Shown here: positions 30,117 through 38,683 of the stretch, piece after piece
Layout: the number at the start of each line of letters is the position of its first letter
Position numbering within the stretch: position 1 is the first letter of the stretch
DNA from: Nitrososphaeria archaeon
Lineage (GTDB): Archaea > Thermoproteota > Nitrososphaeria > JACIWG01
DNA: 64,000 nucleotides
Direction: 5' to 3'
NCBI GenBank assembly: GCA_050011875.1
Contig: JBEKIG010000002.1
Coordinates: 1-64,000, forward strand
Translations under genes and position numbers: made by a program
The notes under the pieces: generated by a model
What the model was told of the DNA's origin: nothing
The model's input: the letters and a program-made list of their open reading frames with translations, nothing else
Database searches by the model: none

Positions 30117-31412
30117 ATGTCTGAAGAGAATTTGAATGTTTTTACAGCGGTTACCGAGGAAGTCGATCCTGAAAAGAATGTTGTCGCTACCTATTACGTT
30201 GAAGGAAGAGACATTTCAATCGATGAGGCTGGCGTGAAGATTGCTGCTGAAGAATCTATTGGTACATGGACTCAAGTTTCAACTGCAACAGAATGGATCG
30301 TTAAGAATCTTCCAGCAAAAGTATTCGAACACAAGTTAGAGAATAAAAACACAGGAATAATAAAGATAGCTTACCCAAATATCTTGTTTGATTTTGAGAC
30401 AGGAGGTATTCCTAATATATTGAGCATCGTTGCAGGCAACCTTTTTGGTTCAGGTTCACTTCAAAACGTTAGACTCGTAGATATTCAATTTCCCAAGGAG
30501 GCCGTGCTATCTTTTAAAGGTCCAAAATTCGGAATCGAAAACATTAGGAAGATCGTAGGCACCGTCGAAAGCAGAAGACCACATCTTGGAACGATTATCA
30601 AACCTAAGGTAGGCCTTAGTCCAAAAGAAACGGCTAAGGTGGCATACGAAGCCGCAATAGGAGGAGTGGACTTTATCAAGGACGATGAAACGTTAACGAA
30701 TCAAAAGTTCTGCCCACTGGATGATAGAGTAAGTAATGTTATGGAAGCGCTTGATAAAGTTAAGTCTGAAACAGGTAGAACTGTTCTCTACTCTCCTGAT
30801 ATAACCGCTGAGACTTATAGAATGCGGGACCTGGCTCAGGTTGCGCTGGACCATGGAGCTAATGCCCTTATGGTAGACTTTCTACCTTCCGGTTTCTCAG
30901 CTGTAAGACTGCTTGCTGAGGACCATTCTATAAAAGTGCCTATACATGTGCACAGGTGCATGCATGCTGCGATGACTAGAAATCCTAAACATGGCATCGC
31001 CATGATGGTGCTGGCGAAGCTTGTGCGTTTAGCTGGAGGTGATCAACTACACACCGGAACTGTTGCCGGAAAGATGGGTGGAAAAGAGAAAAAGGTCGAG
31101 GAACTAATTGCAATGAACAACTTCTTGAAAGGGGAATTCTATGGTTTGAAGACGACGTTCCCTGTCGCTTCAGGGGGGGTTCATCCATCCGTTGTTCCGA
31201 TAAACGTTCTCACACTTGGTAAAGATATTGTGATTCAAGCAGGAGGTGGAATTCATGGCCATCCAAATGGCACTAGGGCAGGCGCAGTTGCAATGAGGGA
31301 TGCTATAGATGCGGTGACAAAGGGTATTCCTCTAGAAGAATACGCGAGAGATCACAAGGAACTCTACGTGGCTATACAGCATTGGGGAATGAAATTCGTT
31401 ACAGAAGAATAG
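30117..31412 (+). CDS. rbcL: Rubisco large subunit, form III-like (or closely related Rubisco-fold enzyme)
   Basis: AAEESIGTW, AGNLFG, IKPKVG, DFIKDDE, HVHR, DQLHTGT.AGK, ASGG, QAGGGIHGHP. Confidence 0.75.
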   Translation: MSEENLNVFTAVTEEVDPEKNVVATYYVEGRDISIDEAGVKIAAEESIGTWTQVSTATEWIVKNLPAKVFEHKLENKNTGIIKIAYPNILFDFETGGIPNILSIVAGNLFGSGSLQNVRLVDIQFPKEAVLSFKGPKFGIENIRKIVGTVESRRPHLGTIIKPKVGLSPKETAKVAYEAAIGGVDFIKDDETLTNQKFCPLDDRVSNVMEALDKVKSETGRTVLYSPDITAETYRMRDLAQVALDHGANALMVDFLPSGFSAVRLLAEDHSIKVPIHVHRCMHAAMTRNPKHGIAMMVLAKLVRLAGGDQLHTGTVAGKMGGKEKKVEELIAMNNFLKGEFYGLKTTFPVASGGVHPSVVPINVLTLGKDIVIQAGGGIHGHPNGTRAGAVAMRDAIDAVTKGIPLEEYARDHKELYVAIQHWGMKFVTEE

Positions 31413-31462
31413 AATATCCTCTCATTTTCAAAACCTTATAAACAATCAAACTTACTAATTGA

Positions 31463-32527
31463 GTGATACTAATGGTAGACTATTTCGGTAAGGTCGATTC
31501 AAATGAACTTTACAATTTCTGTGTTGACATCTTTTCGAAGGCTGGTGTTCCAAAAGAAACCGCAGAAATTGTTTCTGAACACTTGGTCACAGCTAATCTA
31601 AGAGGTGTTGATTCGCATGGCGCCTTTGTAAGGGTTCCCTACTACATAACAGCTCTACGTGAGGGGATAATTAATCCCAGACCTTCAATCAGATCTGTTA
31701 AAGACACACCAAGTGTTACGTTAATAGATGGGGATAAAGGTTTTGGACCTGTAGTAGCCATGAAGGCGACGGAAATGGCTATTAGCAAAGCTAAGAGCTC
31801 AGGCATCTGTTTTGTTGGTGCGAAGAACATAAGCCACGTAGGGATGTTGGCACGATATTCTCTTAAAATTGTCGAAAAAATGATGATTGGAATGGCTGCT
31901 ACAACTTCGCCCCCCGTAGTAGTTCCATGGGGTGGAACTAAACCTGTCTTTGGAACAAATCCTTTTACCATCGGTTTTCCAATAGACGATAAATCTTCGA
32001 TAATTGTTGATATGGCTACAAGTACTGTTGCTGCAGGAAAGATAGCTGTATTCGCCTCTAAAGGAGAAAAACTTCCTGAGGGATGGGCTCTTGATAAATA
32101 CGGTAACCCTACGACAGATCCGAAGGTTTTTTTGGATAAAGGTATTCTCCTTCCATTCGGAGGATACAAAGGTTATGGGCTGTCTTTAAGTGTAGAAATT
32201 TTTGCTGGACTGCTAACAGGATCACCTTTTAGTTCACATATACAAAGGGGCTGGGCGACACAAGGAGGTTTCGTTGTTCAAGTGATAAACATAGATTCTT
32301 TCAGAGAGTATGCTGACTATAAAAAAGATATTTTGGAGCTGGTTCAGATGATTAAGTCAACCCCACCTGCAGAAGGATTCAAAGAAGTCCTATTACCTGG
32401 GGAACCTGAACAAAGAGAATATGTAAGAAGGAAAATGGAAGGTGTGCCTGTCTACAAAGATTCCTGGGAAAACCTTGAGAAAGTTTCGAAGGAGATGCAG
32501 ATCAACCTTCCAAACCTCATAAAATAG
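31463..32527 (+). CDS. Ldh_2 family oxidoreductase (ComC/AllD/YiaK-like)
   Basis: A.LRGVDSHG, GTNP, DMATS, GGYKGYGL, LPGEPE. Confidence 0.9.
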   Translation: MILMVDYFGKVDSNELYNFCVDIFSKAGVPKETAEIVSEHLVTANLRGVDSHGAFVRVPYYITALREGIINPRPSIRSVKDTPSVTLIDGDKGFGPVVAMKATEMAISKAKSSGICFVGAKNISHVGMLARYSLKIVEKMMIGMAATTSPPVVVPWGGTKPVFGTNPFTIGFPIDDKSSIIVDMATSTVAAGKIAVFASKGEKLPEGWALDKYGNPTTDPKVFLDKGILLPFGGYKGYGLSLSVEIFAGLLTGSPFSSHIQRGWATQGGFVVQVINIDSFREYADYKKDILELVQMIKSTPPAEGFKEVLLPGEPEQREYVRRKMEGVPVYKDSWENLEKVSKEMQINLPNLIK

Positions 32528-32600
32528 GCATCCTGTCTAGTTTCTTTCAATATCAAATCTAAACTTTAAATAAATATCGCATATTAGAAAAGCGATAGGT

Positions 32601-33407
32601 TTGAGGAAGAATAAACTAAGGGAGCTAATAAGAGAAGATAAGCCTACAATCGGCACCAGAATACTCAGCTCTTGGCCCGGAATAGTTGAAATAATAGGTC
32701 AAACGGGAGTAATAGACTACTTCGAATTCATAGCCGAATATGCGCCTTGGACTCTGAACGACTTAGAAAACCTTGCTAGGGCAAGCGAATTATACGATAT
32801 AAGTTCTATGATAAAACTTGACGCAATACCAAGAAGTTATATAGCTGCAAAAGCTTTACAATCAGGCATCCAGAATTTTCTCTTTTCAGATATTAGGACA
32901 GTCAACGATGCAGAAGAGGCTGTAAAGTCTATAAGATTAGAACCTAAGGGAATCATGGGGATAGGCAACTTTAGGGTAGGTGGATATCTGTTCACAAACT
33001 GTACTGTCGCAGATTACAGAAAAGCGGCTGATGATTCAATAATCGCATTTATGGTAGAGAAAAAAAGTGCTGGAGACCGCTTAGAAGAAATCTTATCAGT
33101 TAAAGGATTAGATATGGTCCAATTTGGTCCGTGGGATTATGGCTTAAGCATGGGACTATCCGGCGCACCTGGCACACCGTGGGCTTTAAATGAACCAAAA
33201 GTCAAAGAAGCTGAACTAAGAACAATACGGACTGCATTAAAACTGGGCCTGCGTCCGAGAGTAGAAATAGGTGATGTGAAAGATATAGAAAAGTACCTAG
33301 AGCTTGGCGTAAAAGATTTTAGCCTGGGGACGGACATAAGAATATTGTTCGGTTTCTGGAAAGAGAATGGAGCTGAATTAAAGAAGATTTTAAACAAAAT
33401 GAAGTAA
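32601..33407 (+). CDS. HpcH/HpaI-family aldolase
   Basis: N.L....EY.PW...MVEK...I.SVKGLDMVQFGP.DYGLS. Confidence 0.8.
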   Translation: MRKNKLRELIREDKPTIGTRILSSWPGIVEIIGQTGVIDYFEFIAEYAPWTLNDLENLARASELYDISSMIKLDAIPRSYIAAKALQSGIQNFLFSDIRTVNDAEEAVKSIRLEPKGIMGIGNFRVGGYLFTNCTVADYRKAADDSIIAFMVEKKSAGDRLEEILSVKGLDMVQFGPWDYGLSMGLSGAPGTPWALNEPKVKEAELRTIRTALKLGLRPRVEIGDVKDIEKYLELGVKDFSLGTDIRILFGFWKENGAELKKILNKMK

Positions 33408-33593
33408 TTAACTAAACTTTATTTCCATCTGATAGTTCTGCGTGACCCAGAGAAAGTTAAGGGCTTAGCAGGTTACTTAACAAAAGTCTGTAAACTGACG
33501 GCATAAATTGTTTTAAAGTGAACTACGGTTAGCTATATGATAGCTTTGTCAATTTATATGCTACTGGTGCTGATCGGTAAAACGTTTTTGAGA

Positions 33594-36005
33594 TTAACTC
33601 TCGCTTTTCTTCCCTCCTTCTAGGAGGAATTGTGGGAATTTCGATAGTTTCTTAGCCATCTCACTGAGGCGTTTATCCACTTTGTAGTTTACAGTTTCTT
33701 CCTCAAATGTTCCATCCTTTTCCCTTACGCCAGCTCTGACACCTGCAAGGATTTCTATTCCCTCGTCGATTGTTTTAACTGAATAGATGTGGAATTTTCC
33801 ATCTTTGACAGCGTCAACTATCTCCTCTTTCAGCATTAAGTTTTGAACGTTACTTTCAGGTATCATCACACCCTGTTTTCCTGTGAAACCTTTAGCTTTG
33901 CAGACTTCAAAGAATCCCTCGATTTTTTCGTTTACTCCTCCTATAGCCTGAACTTGACCTTTCTGGTTAACTGATCCGGTAACAGCAATGTCCTGCCTAA
34001 TTGGCAACTCGGAGAGGGCGGATAGTATTGCATATAGTTCAGTACTTGAAGCGCTGTCACCTTCTACTCCTTCATAATTCTGTTCAAAGACGAGTCGTGT
34101 AGACAAACTAAGCGGATTATCTATAGCATATTTTCCGTTTAGGTAACCAGCTAAAATAAGGACTCCTTTTGTATGGATTGGGCCTCCCATGTTGGCTTCC
34201 CTTTCAATGTCAACAACCCCTTCCCGACCTAAACCTACAGAAGCCGTTACTCTTGATGGAATGCCGAAGTCGAAATCGCCGAGACTTATCACGGAAAGAC
34301 CATTAACCTGTCCAACACTCTCTGCTTCTGTATCGATAAGTAGTATGTTCCTTTTGATCATTTCCTGTATCTTCTCCTGGACAAGTTTTGAACGGTAGAC
34401 CCTCTCTTCAATTGCCTTTCTAACGTGAATTCCGGTTATAAAATCCGAATTTTCCTGTGCCGCGTAAAAGTTTGATTCACGTATAACATCAGCAACTTCA
34501 GCAAACCTTGTGGAAAGTTTTTGCTGATCTTCAGCAAGTCTTGAACTATATTCAATCAATTTGGCTAGACCTGTGCCGTTAAGATGTTTTAAATTTTCTT
34601 TCTGACAGAGTGCGCAGACAAAAGCTGCATATTTTTGCACGTTTTCTTCTGTCCTATCCATGGTTGAGTCGAAATCAGCTTTAACTTTAAAGAGCTCATT
34701 AAAGTCCATATCCAAGATATATAATTGTTGATAGATGTATGGGTCACCGATTAGAATAACTTTAACACTTAGAGGGATCGGTTGAGGTTTTAGACTCTTG
34801 GTTGTGAAGAAACCATAACTCTCCTCCACCTCCTCTATAACGACCTGTCCGTTTTTGAGGGCTCTTTTCAACCCATCGTATGAGAATGGGTTTACGAGCA
34901 GCTCTTCAACTGGAATAATCAGATATCCACCATTAGCCTTATGCAGTGATCCAGATCGAACCATAGTGAAATCTGTAGTTAAATAACCGAATTGGGCTTC
35001 TCTCTCTATTCTTCCGAAAATGTGTGGGTGAGTCGGGTTGCTCTCAAGAATCACCGGTGCACCCTTAAGCCCACTGTTATCTACCATCACATTTACTTCG
35101 TACTTTGTTGAGGCTGGTTCTCTCATCCATGGAAATTGTTGTTGAGCAGTCGCGCTTGGCTCCTTAATAAAATCTTCTAGCTTCTCTAAGATGTCATTCT
35201 GAAGTTCTTCAAGATATGCCACGATATCACTATATTCTTTGTATTTTTCCTTAAGATCGGCAATCAGGTGGCCTATAGCGTAGAGTGCTACTTCCTTATT
35301 CAGCTTTTTTATCTCCTCTAAGACTTTACCTTCAAGGTCTCTAAGCTGTATGAAAGCATTCCTTAGATCCGAATTTAGTTTCTCTCTTTTTTTATTAATT
35401 TCATCTCTAACTTGTTGGCTTAGAGAAAGAAACTCTTTATCGGTTAAAGCTCGCCCTTTAATAGTAGGTATTATTAACAGACCTACAGAGCTGCTTTCGA
35501 GGACGAAGCCTTCTTCCTGGGCTTTTTTGTTGAGTTCAGAAAAAAGATCGTCTCTTTCCTTTTCGATCGCCTGTATTGTGTTATCTCTTTTTGTGATATA
35601 GTCTTCGCTTTTAAAAGCTTTAGGGAGAACTCTTTTAGTCTGACTAATAAAATCCAAAACATCTTTTTGGAAAAGTTTTCCTTTTCCTGGTTGAAGCTTT
35701 ATTGCTTTTGGTTCATATTGATTGGAAAAGTTGTTCACATAGCACCAATCGAAGGGAATCGGTTCAGTTTTAGCCATGTCATCAAGGAAATTCTTGACAG
35801 CTGTCGTCCTGCCCGTTCCATGAAGGCCAGAAACATAGACGTTAAACCCACGATCTTTAATTCCAAGCCCAAATTTGAGAGCTCTGACAGCCCTTTCTTG
35901 GCCAATAATTTCTCTGAGTGGCGTTAACCCCTCTGTACTCTCACAACTCATTATACTAGGGTCACAAATCCTTCTTAATTTTTCTGCTGATAACTCATTA
36001 TTCAT
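33594..36005 (-). CDS. LonC-type Lon-family protease
   Basis: IIGQERA, G.LHKANGG, GQVNGLSV, EGDSASS.E...GGVNEKIEGF Ser-Lys dyad; Walker A degenerate (GTGRTT). Confidence 0.9.
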   Translation of the reverse strand: MNNELSAEKLRRICDPSIMSCESTEGLTPLREIIGQERAVRALKFGLGIKDRGFNVYVSGLHGTGRTTAVKNFLDDMAKTEPIPFDWCYVNNFSNQYEPKAIKLQPGKGKLFQKDVLDFISQTKRVLPKAFKSEDYITKRDNTIQAIEKERDDLFSELNKKAQEEGFVLESSSVGLLIIPTIKGRALTDKEFLSLSQQVRDEINKKREKLNSDLRNAFIQLRDLEGKVLEEIKKLNKEVALYAIGHLIADLKEKYKEYSDIVAYLEELQNDILEKLEDFIKEPSATAQQQFPWMREPASTKYEVNVMVDNSGLKGAPVILESNPTHPHIFGRIEREAQFGYLTTDFTMVRSGSLHKANGGYLIIPVEELLVNPFSYDGLKRALKNGQVVIEEVEESYGFFTTKSLKPQPIPLSVKVILIGDPYIYQQLYILDMDFNELFKVKADFDSTMDRTEENVQKYAAFVCALCQKENLKHLNGTGLAKLIEYSSRLAEDQQKLSTRFAEVADVIRESNFYAAQENSDFITGIHVRKAIEERVYRSKLVQEKIQEMIKRNILLIDTEAESVGQVNGLSVISLGDFDFGIPSRVTASVGLGREGVVDIEREANMGGPIHTKGVLILAGYLNGKYAIDNPLSLSTRLVFEQNYEGVEGDSASSTELYAILSALSELPIRQDIAVTGSVNQKGQVQAIGGVNEKIEGFFEVCKAKGFTGKQGVMIPESNVQNLMLKEEIVDAVKDGKFHIYSVKTIDEGIEILAGVRAGVREKDGTFEEETVNYKVDKRLSEMAKKLSKFPQFLLEGGKKSES

Positions 36006-36711
36006 TTAATAATTCACCTGTTTGCATGTGACATAGATTTTGTCGGAAATATATATCTTTAACTGAATGAATTTTTTTATTTACAGGCTAGCTGTTTTAT
36101 TATTTTTTATTTGTTTAAAGGTGATAAATAGAAAGAAATCATTTTTTTATCTTTTTCATAGTTTTAGCAAGTAAAATGACGTCTCAAATCGAACTTAACT
36201 TTCCTCTCATTTACTATTTTGTTTGCTTCATTAAGGGAGAATTTTTCAAGTGATAAACGTTACTTTTCTGTAGCAACTTTGATTTTAGCATTTCATATAT
36301 TTCCAGTCGATTGGCGAACCCCAGAATCGAAATCTGGTATAGGCAATAAGGAAAGTCGACGCACTTAACTAGAAAAGATAAGTGCCTGACGTTCTTATCA
36401 TTTTCAACCACTTTAATAAAATTATTACATTTCCAAGAAAAGAAATTAAGAAAATGTTCTGGTGTATAAAATGATGGATCCAAAATTTAATAATAGAACA
36501 ATAAATTCTAAAAAATCGGAAGTTTAAGAAGACACTTCGTTAAAAGATGAAGAAAAGAAAAAGAAAGCTAGGTTGAGAAGACGTGGACTTTATAGGAAAG
36601 CGCTTGCCGACTAGTATAGAAGTCAATAAAGCAGTCACTTTGAGAAAAAGTAAAAAAATTTAGAAAAATTCTTTCTCATATGAAATAAATGGGAAGAATA
36701 GTGTGTGAGAG

Positions 36712-36733
36712 GGTTCTGTTAACTTATTTGCAC
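36712..36733 (+). repeat. Left terminal inverted repeat GGTTCTGTTAACTTATTTGCAC
   Basis: Exact reverse complement of 41461-41482; GGTTCTGTT start is typical of IS6-family IRs; preceded by target duplication copy 36703-36711. Confidence 0.93.
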
Positions 36734-36817
36734 AGTGGCATTAAACTTCTTTAAAAGCCTTTCCGAAAAAATGCTTTCACATGGCATTCGGATAAACGTT
36801 ATATAAACGACAAGTGT

Positions 36818-37051
36818 GTGAGGATTCGAGGTGTATCTTTGGCTATAAAGATCACCTTCGCATTCCTATTGATTGGGAGTGTGGCAATAGCCACGTTCGG
36901 ATCAGTAGTAATGGCAGGGATAGCAAGTCTGTCGAAGCCAGTCAGCGAAGAAGTTTCAGCGACGGCTGGAGCTTACTCGTTTGATTTCATGGGGCTTGCT
37001 ATAATACTTGCCATAGCTATTGTGGCGGTTGCCTATCTTACCCACCGATAG
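36818..37051 (+). CDS. Small two-TM protein (transposon cargo); likely start TTG at 36839
   Basis: Two hydrophobic segments; TTATATAA at 36799 and GAGGTG at 36828 favour the start at 36839. Confidence 0.6.
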   Translation: MRIRGVSLAIKITFAFLLIGSVAIATFGSVVMAGIASLSKPVSEEVSATAGAYSFDFMGLAIILAIAIVAVAYLTHR

Positions 37052-37101
37052 CGATGTGAGGTGTAATAGACATGGCTCATACTGAGTGTGGGCAAATTGC
37101 A

Positions 37102-37129
37102 GGTAAGGGTGAGGCTATTCACCCTTACC
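37102..37129 (+). terminator. 11-bp stem-loop, followed by a T-tract
   Basis: GGTAAGGGTGA-ggctat-TCACCCTTACC, then a T-run at 37139-37145. Confidence 0.5.
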
Positions 37130-37264
37130 CCCTCCCACTTTTTTTCAAGTGGGGATAATACGTACGTATTTACGTAATTTGTAATGTTTAATAAACTTTT
37201 TTTAAAACTTGAGACGTTTTTGCCATAGGGTATACCCCTATATTTTATTTGCGGGGGCTTTGAA

Positions 37265-37319
37265 CATATCCTAAGAATATCTTTAAAGATATATATAGTG
37301 GTATATCCTTATGGATATG
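37265..37319 (+). promoter_or_regulatory. Transposase promoter with an array of ATATC(C)/(G)GATAT half-sites
   Basis: Perfect palindrome ATATCTTTAAAGATAT (37277-37292) over a TTTAAA box; ATATCC at 37266 and 37303, GGATAT at 37313. Confidence 0.6.
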
Positions 37320-37320
37320 C

Positions 37321-38226
37321 GTGGGAAATATGATATGCAAATACTGTCTATCTGAATCGGTCAAACCAGCTGGTTCAATGGATGGAAGGAAACTTGTAAG
37401 ATGCAATGTATGTAATCGCAGATTCTTTGAAAATGATAAACTTCCAAAGATGAGAAGTAAAAAATATGTTATAGTATCAGCTATTTCCATGTATTTTGAT
37501 GGTCTTTCAGTTAGGAAGACCTCGAGACAATTAGAAAGCATCTTTGGAGAGAAGGTAAGCCAAGTAACTATCTGGAAGTGGGTTCAAAAATACTCGAAGA
37601 TTGTAAGCGAATATGTTAGGACGTTAACCCCTAACCTTTCAGGTAAATGGCATCATGACGAAACAGTAATTAGTTGCGATGGAAGAAACCAGTGGTTCTG
37701 GGAGATGATAGACGAAGACACAAAGTTTTTAGTGGCGTCCCACATATCACAAGACAGAACAATCGAAGATACAGTTGAAGTATTCTCGAAAGCTATGGAG
37801 ATGGCAAAGCAGAGACCTAACGTCCTATTCGTTGACGGTTCACACGCCTACGATAGAGCCTTCAATAAAGTCTTCTACACAAGATACAAGGCAAACAAGG
37901 TTGAATTAGTTAAGAAAGTTGGGATAAGAGCAAGGGAGACAAATAACATAGTTGAAAGACTACATGAGACACTGAAGGAAAGAACAAAGATAATGCGTGG
38001 ATTCAAAAACCAAGATTCAGCAAAGCTAATACTGGAAGGATATGTAGTAAACTATAATTTCGCAAGACCACACCTAACCCTTAAAGGGAAAACACCAGCC
38101 GAAGCAAGCGGAATAGAAGTTAAAGGATGGAAACAGCTAATCGAAAACGCAATTCAATCCGAGAATATAGGGGCGCAACCTCAAACACAGAGAAAAGCAG
38201 TCGAAGTTATGCAGGTGGTTCGATGA
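37321..38226 (+). CDS. IS6-family DDE transposase with N-terminal zinc ribbon and HTH (start probably ATG 37330)
   Basis: CxxC...CxxC, GLSVRK...VS..TIWKWV, WHHDET, FVDG..AY, NN.VER.H..LK.R, GFK. Confidence 0.93.
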   Translation: MGNMICKYCLSESVKPAGSMDGRKLVRCNVCNRRFFENDKLPKMRSKKYVIVSAISMYFDGLSVRKTSRQLESIFGEKVSQVTIWKWVQKYSKIVSEYVRTLTPNLSGKWHHDETVISCDGRNQWFWEMIDEDTKFLVASHISQDRTIEDTVEVFSKAMEMAKQRPNVLFVDGSHAYDRAFNKVFYTRYKANKVELVKKVGIRARETNNIVERLHETLKERTKIMRGFKNQDSAKLILEGYVVNYNFARPHLTLKGKTPAEASGIEVKGWKQLIENAIQSENIGAQPQTQRKAVEVMQVVR

Positions 38227-38399
38227 AAAAAGCCCTTGTTGCGCTACCAGATCAAGTGTGGGACATTATAGACTCAAAGCTAAAAGGCAAACTTGGGGAG
38301 GGACACTCGGACATAATAAGAACAATCGTGATAGCCTACCTTTCAGAGCAAGGATATTTAAGCGAAGGTGGAAAAAATGCCGAAGAAAGAAAAGACTAA
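38223..38399 (+). CDS. CopG/ribbon-helix-helix protein
   Basis: True start is probably ATG 38223, overlapping the transposase stop (ATGA): MKKALVALPDQVWDIIDSKLKGKLGEGHSDIIRTIVIAYL, beta-alpha-alpha pattern. Confidence 0.75.
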   Translation: MKKALVALPDQVWDIIDSKLKGKLGEGHSDIIRTIVIAYLSEQGYLSEGGKNAEERKD

Positions 38400-38532
38400 A
38401 ACAAAGACCAAAGACGATGAAGTTGACATACTGGACACCATGATAACGTCATTAGCAGAGCTACTGGAAGAGAAAGGTGTCATAACTCAAGAAGAATGGG
38501 AAAAGAAAATCAAAAAGAATCTTAGAGGTTAG
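38377..38532 (+). CDS. 51-aa protein with SHOCT-like motif
   Basis: Manual translation MPKKEKTKTKTKDDEVDILDTMITSLAELLEEKGVITQEEWEKKIKKNLRG; AGGTG SD-like site upstream; overlaps the RHH gene end. Confidence 0.65.
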   Translation: MPKKEKTKTKTKDDEVDILDTMITSLAELLEEKGVITQEEWEKKIKKNLRG

Positions 38533-38567
38533 AAAAGAATAAAAAGAGTCTCTATCCTAAAATATAT

Positions 38568-38683
38568 GGTTTGAGGGGTTAGCGGAACGAGCATGATTAC
38601 AGGTTTATACCCTCATGAGTGCTTGCACACTCATGTCGCCACGTTTCATGCAAGCCTAACCCGTTAACCTTTCCTCCCAAATC
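38568..38683 (+). ncRNA. Candidate structured RNA (nested multi-stem) inside the transposon
   Basis: Four nested helices; G.U wobbles favour the + strand. Confidence 0.45.

Noticed and set aside
36214-36483. 89-aa ORF next to the transposon
   Set aside because: Outside the TIR, AT-rich, TTG start and no motif; probably spurious.
38127-38443. ORF-track calls 38127..38399 (90 aa) and 38258..38443
   Set aside because: The first overlaps the transposase by 100 nt and is better started at 38223; the second is an alternative-frame shadow.
38568-38683. Match of the stem-loop to known ribozymes/riboswitches or to the transposon target site
   Set aside because: No hammerhead, twister, pistol or fluoride consensus recognised, and no complementarity to the TSD/TIR beyond chance-length matches.
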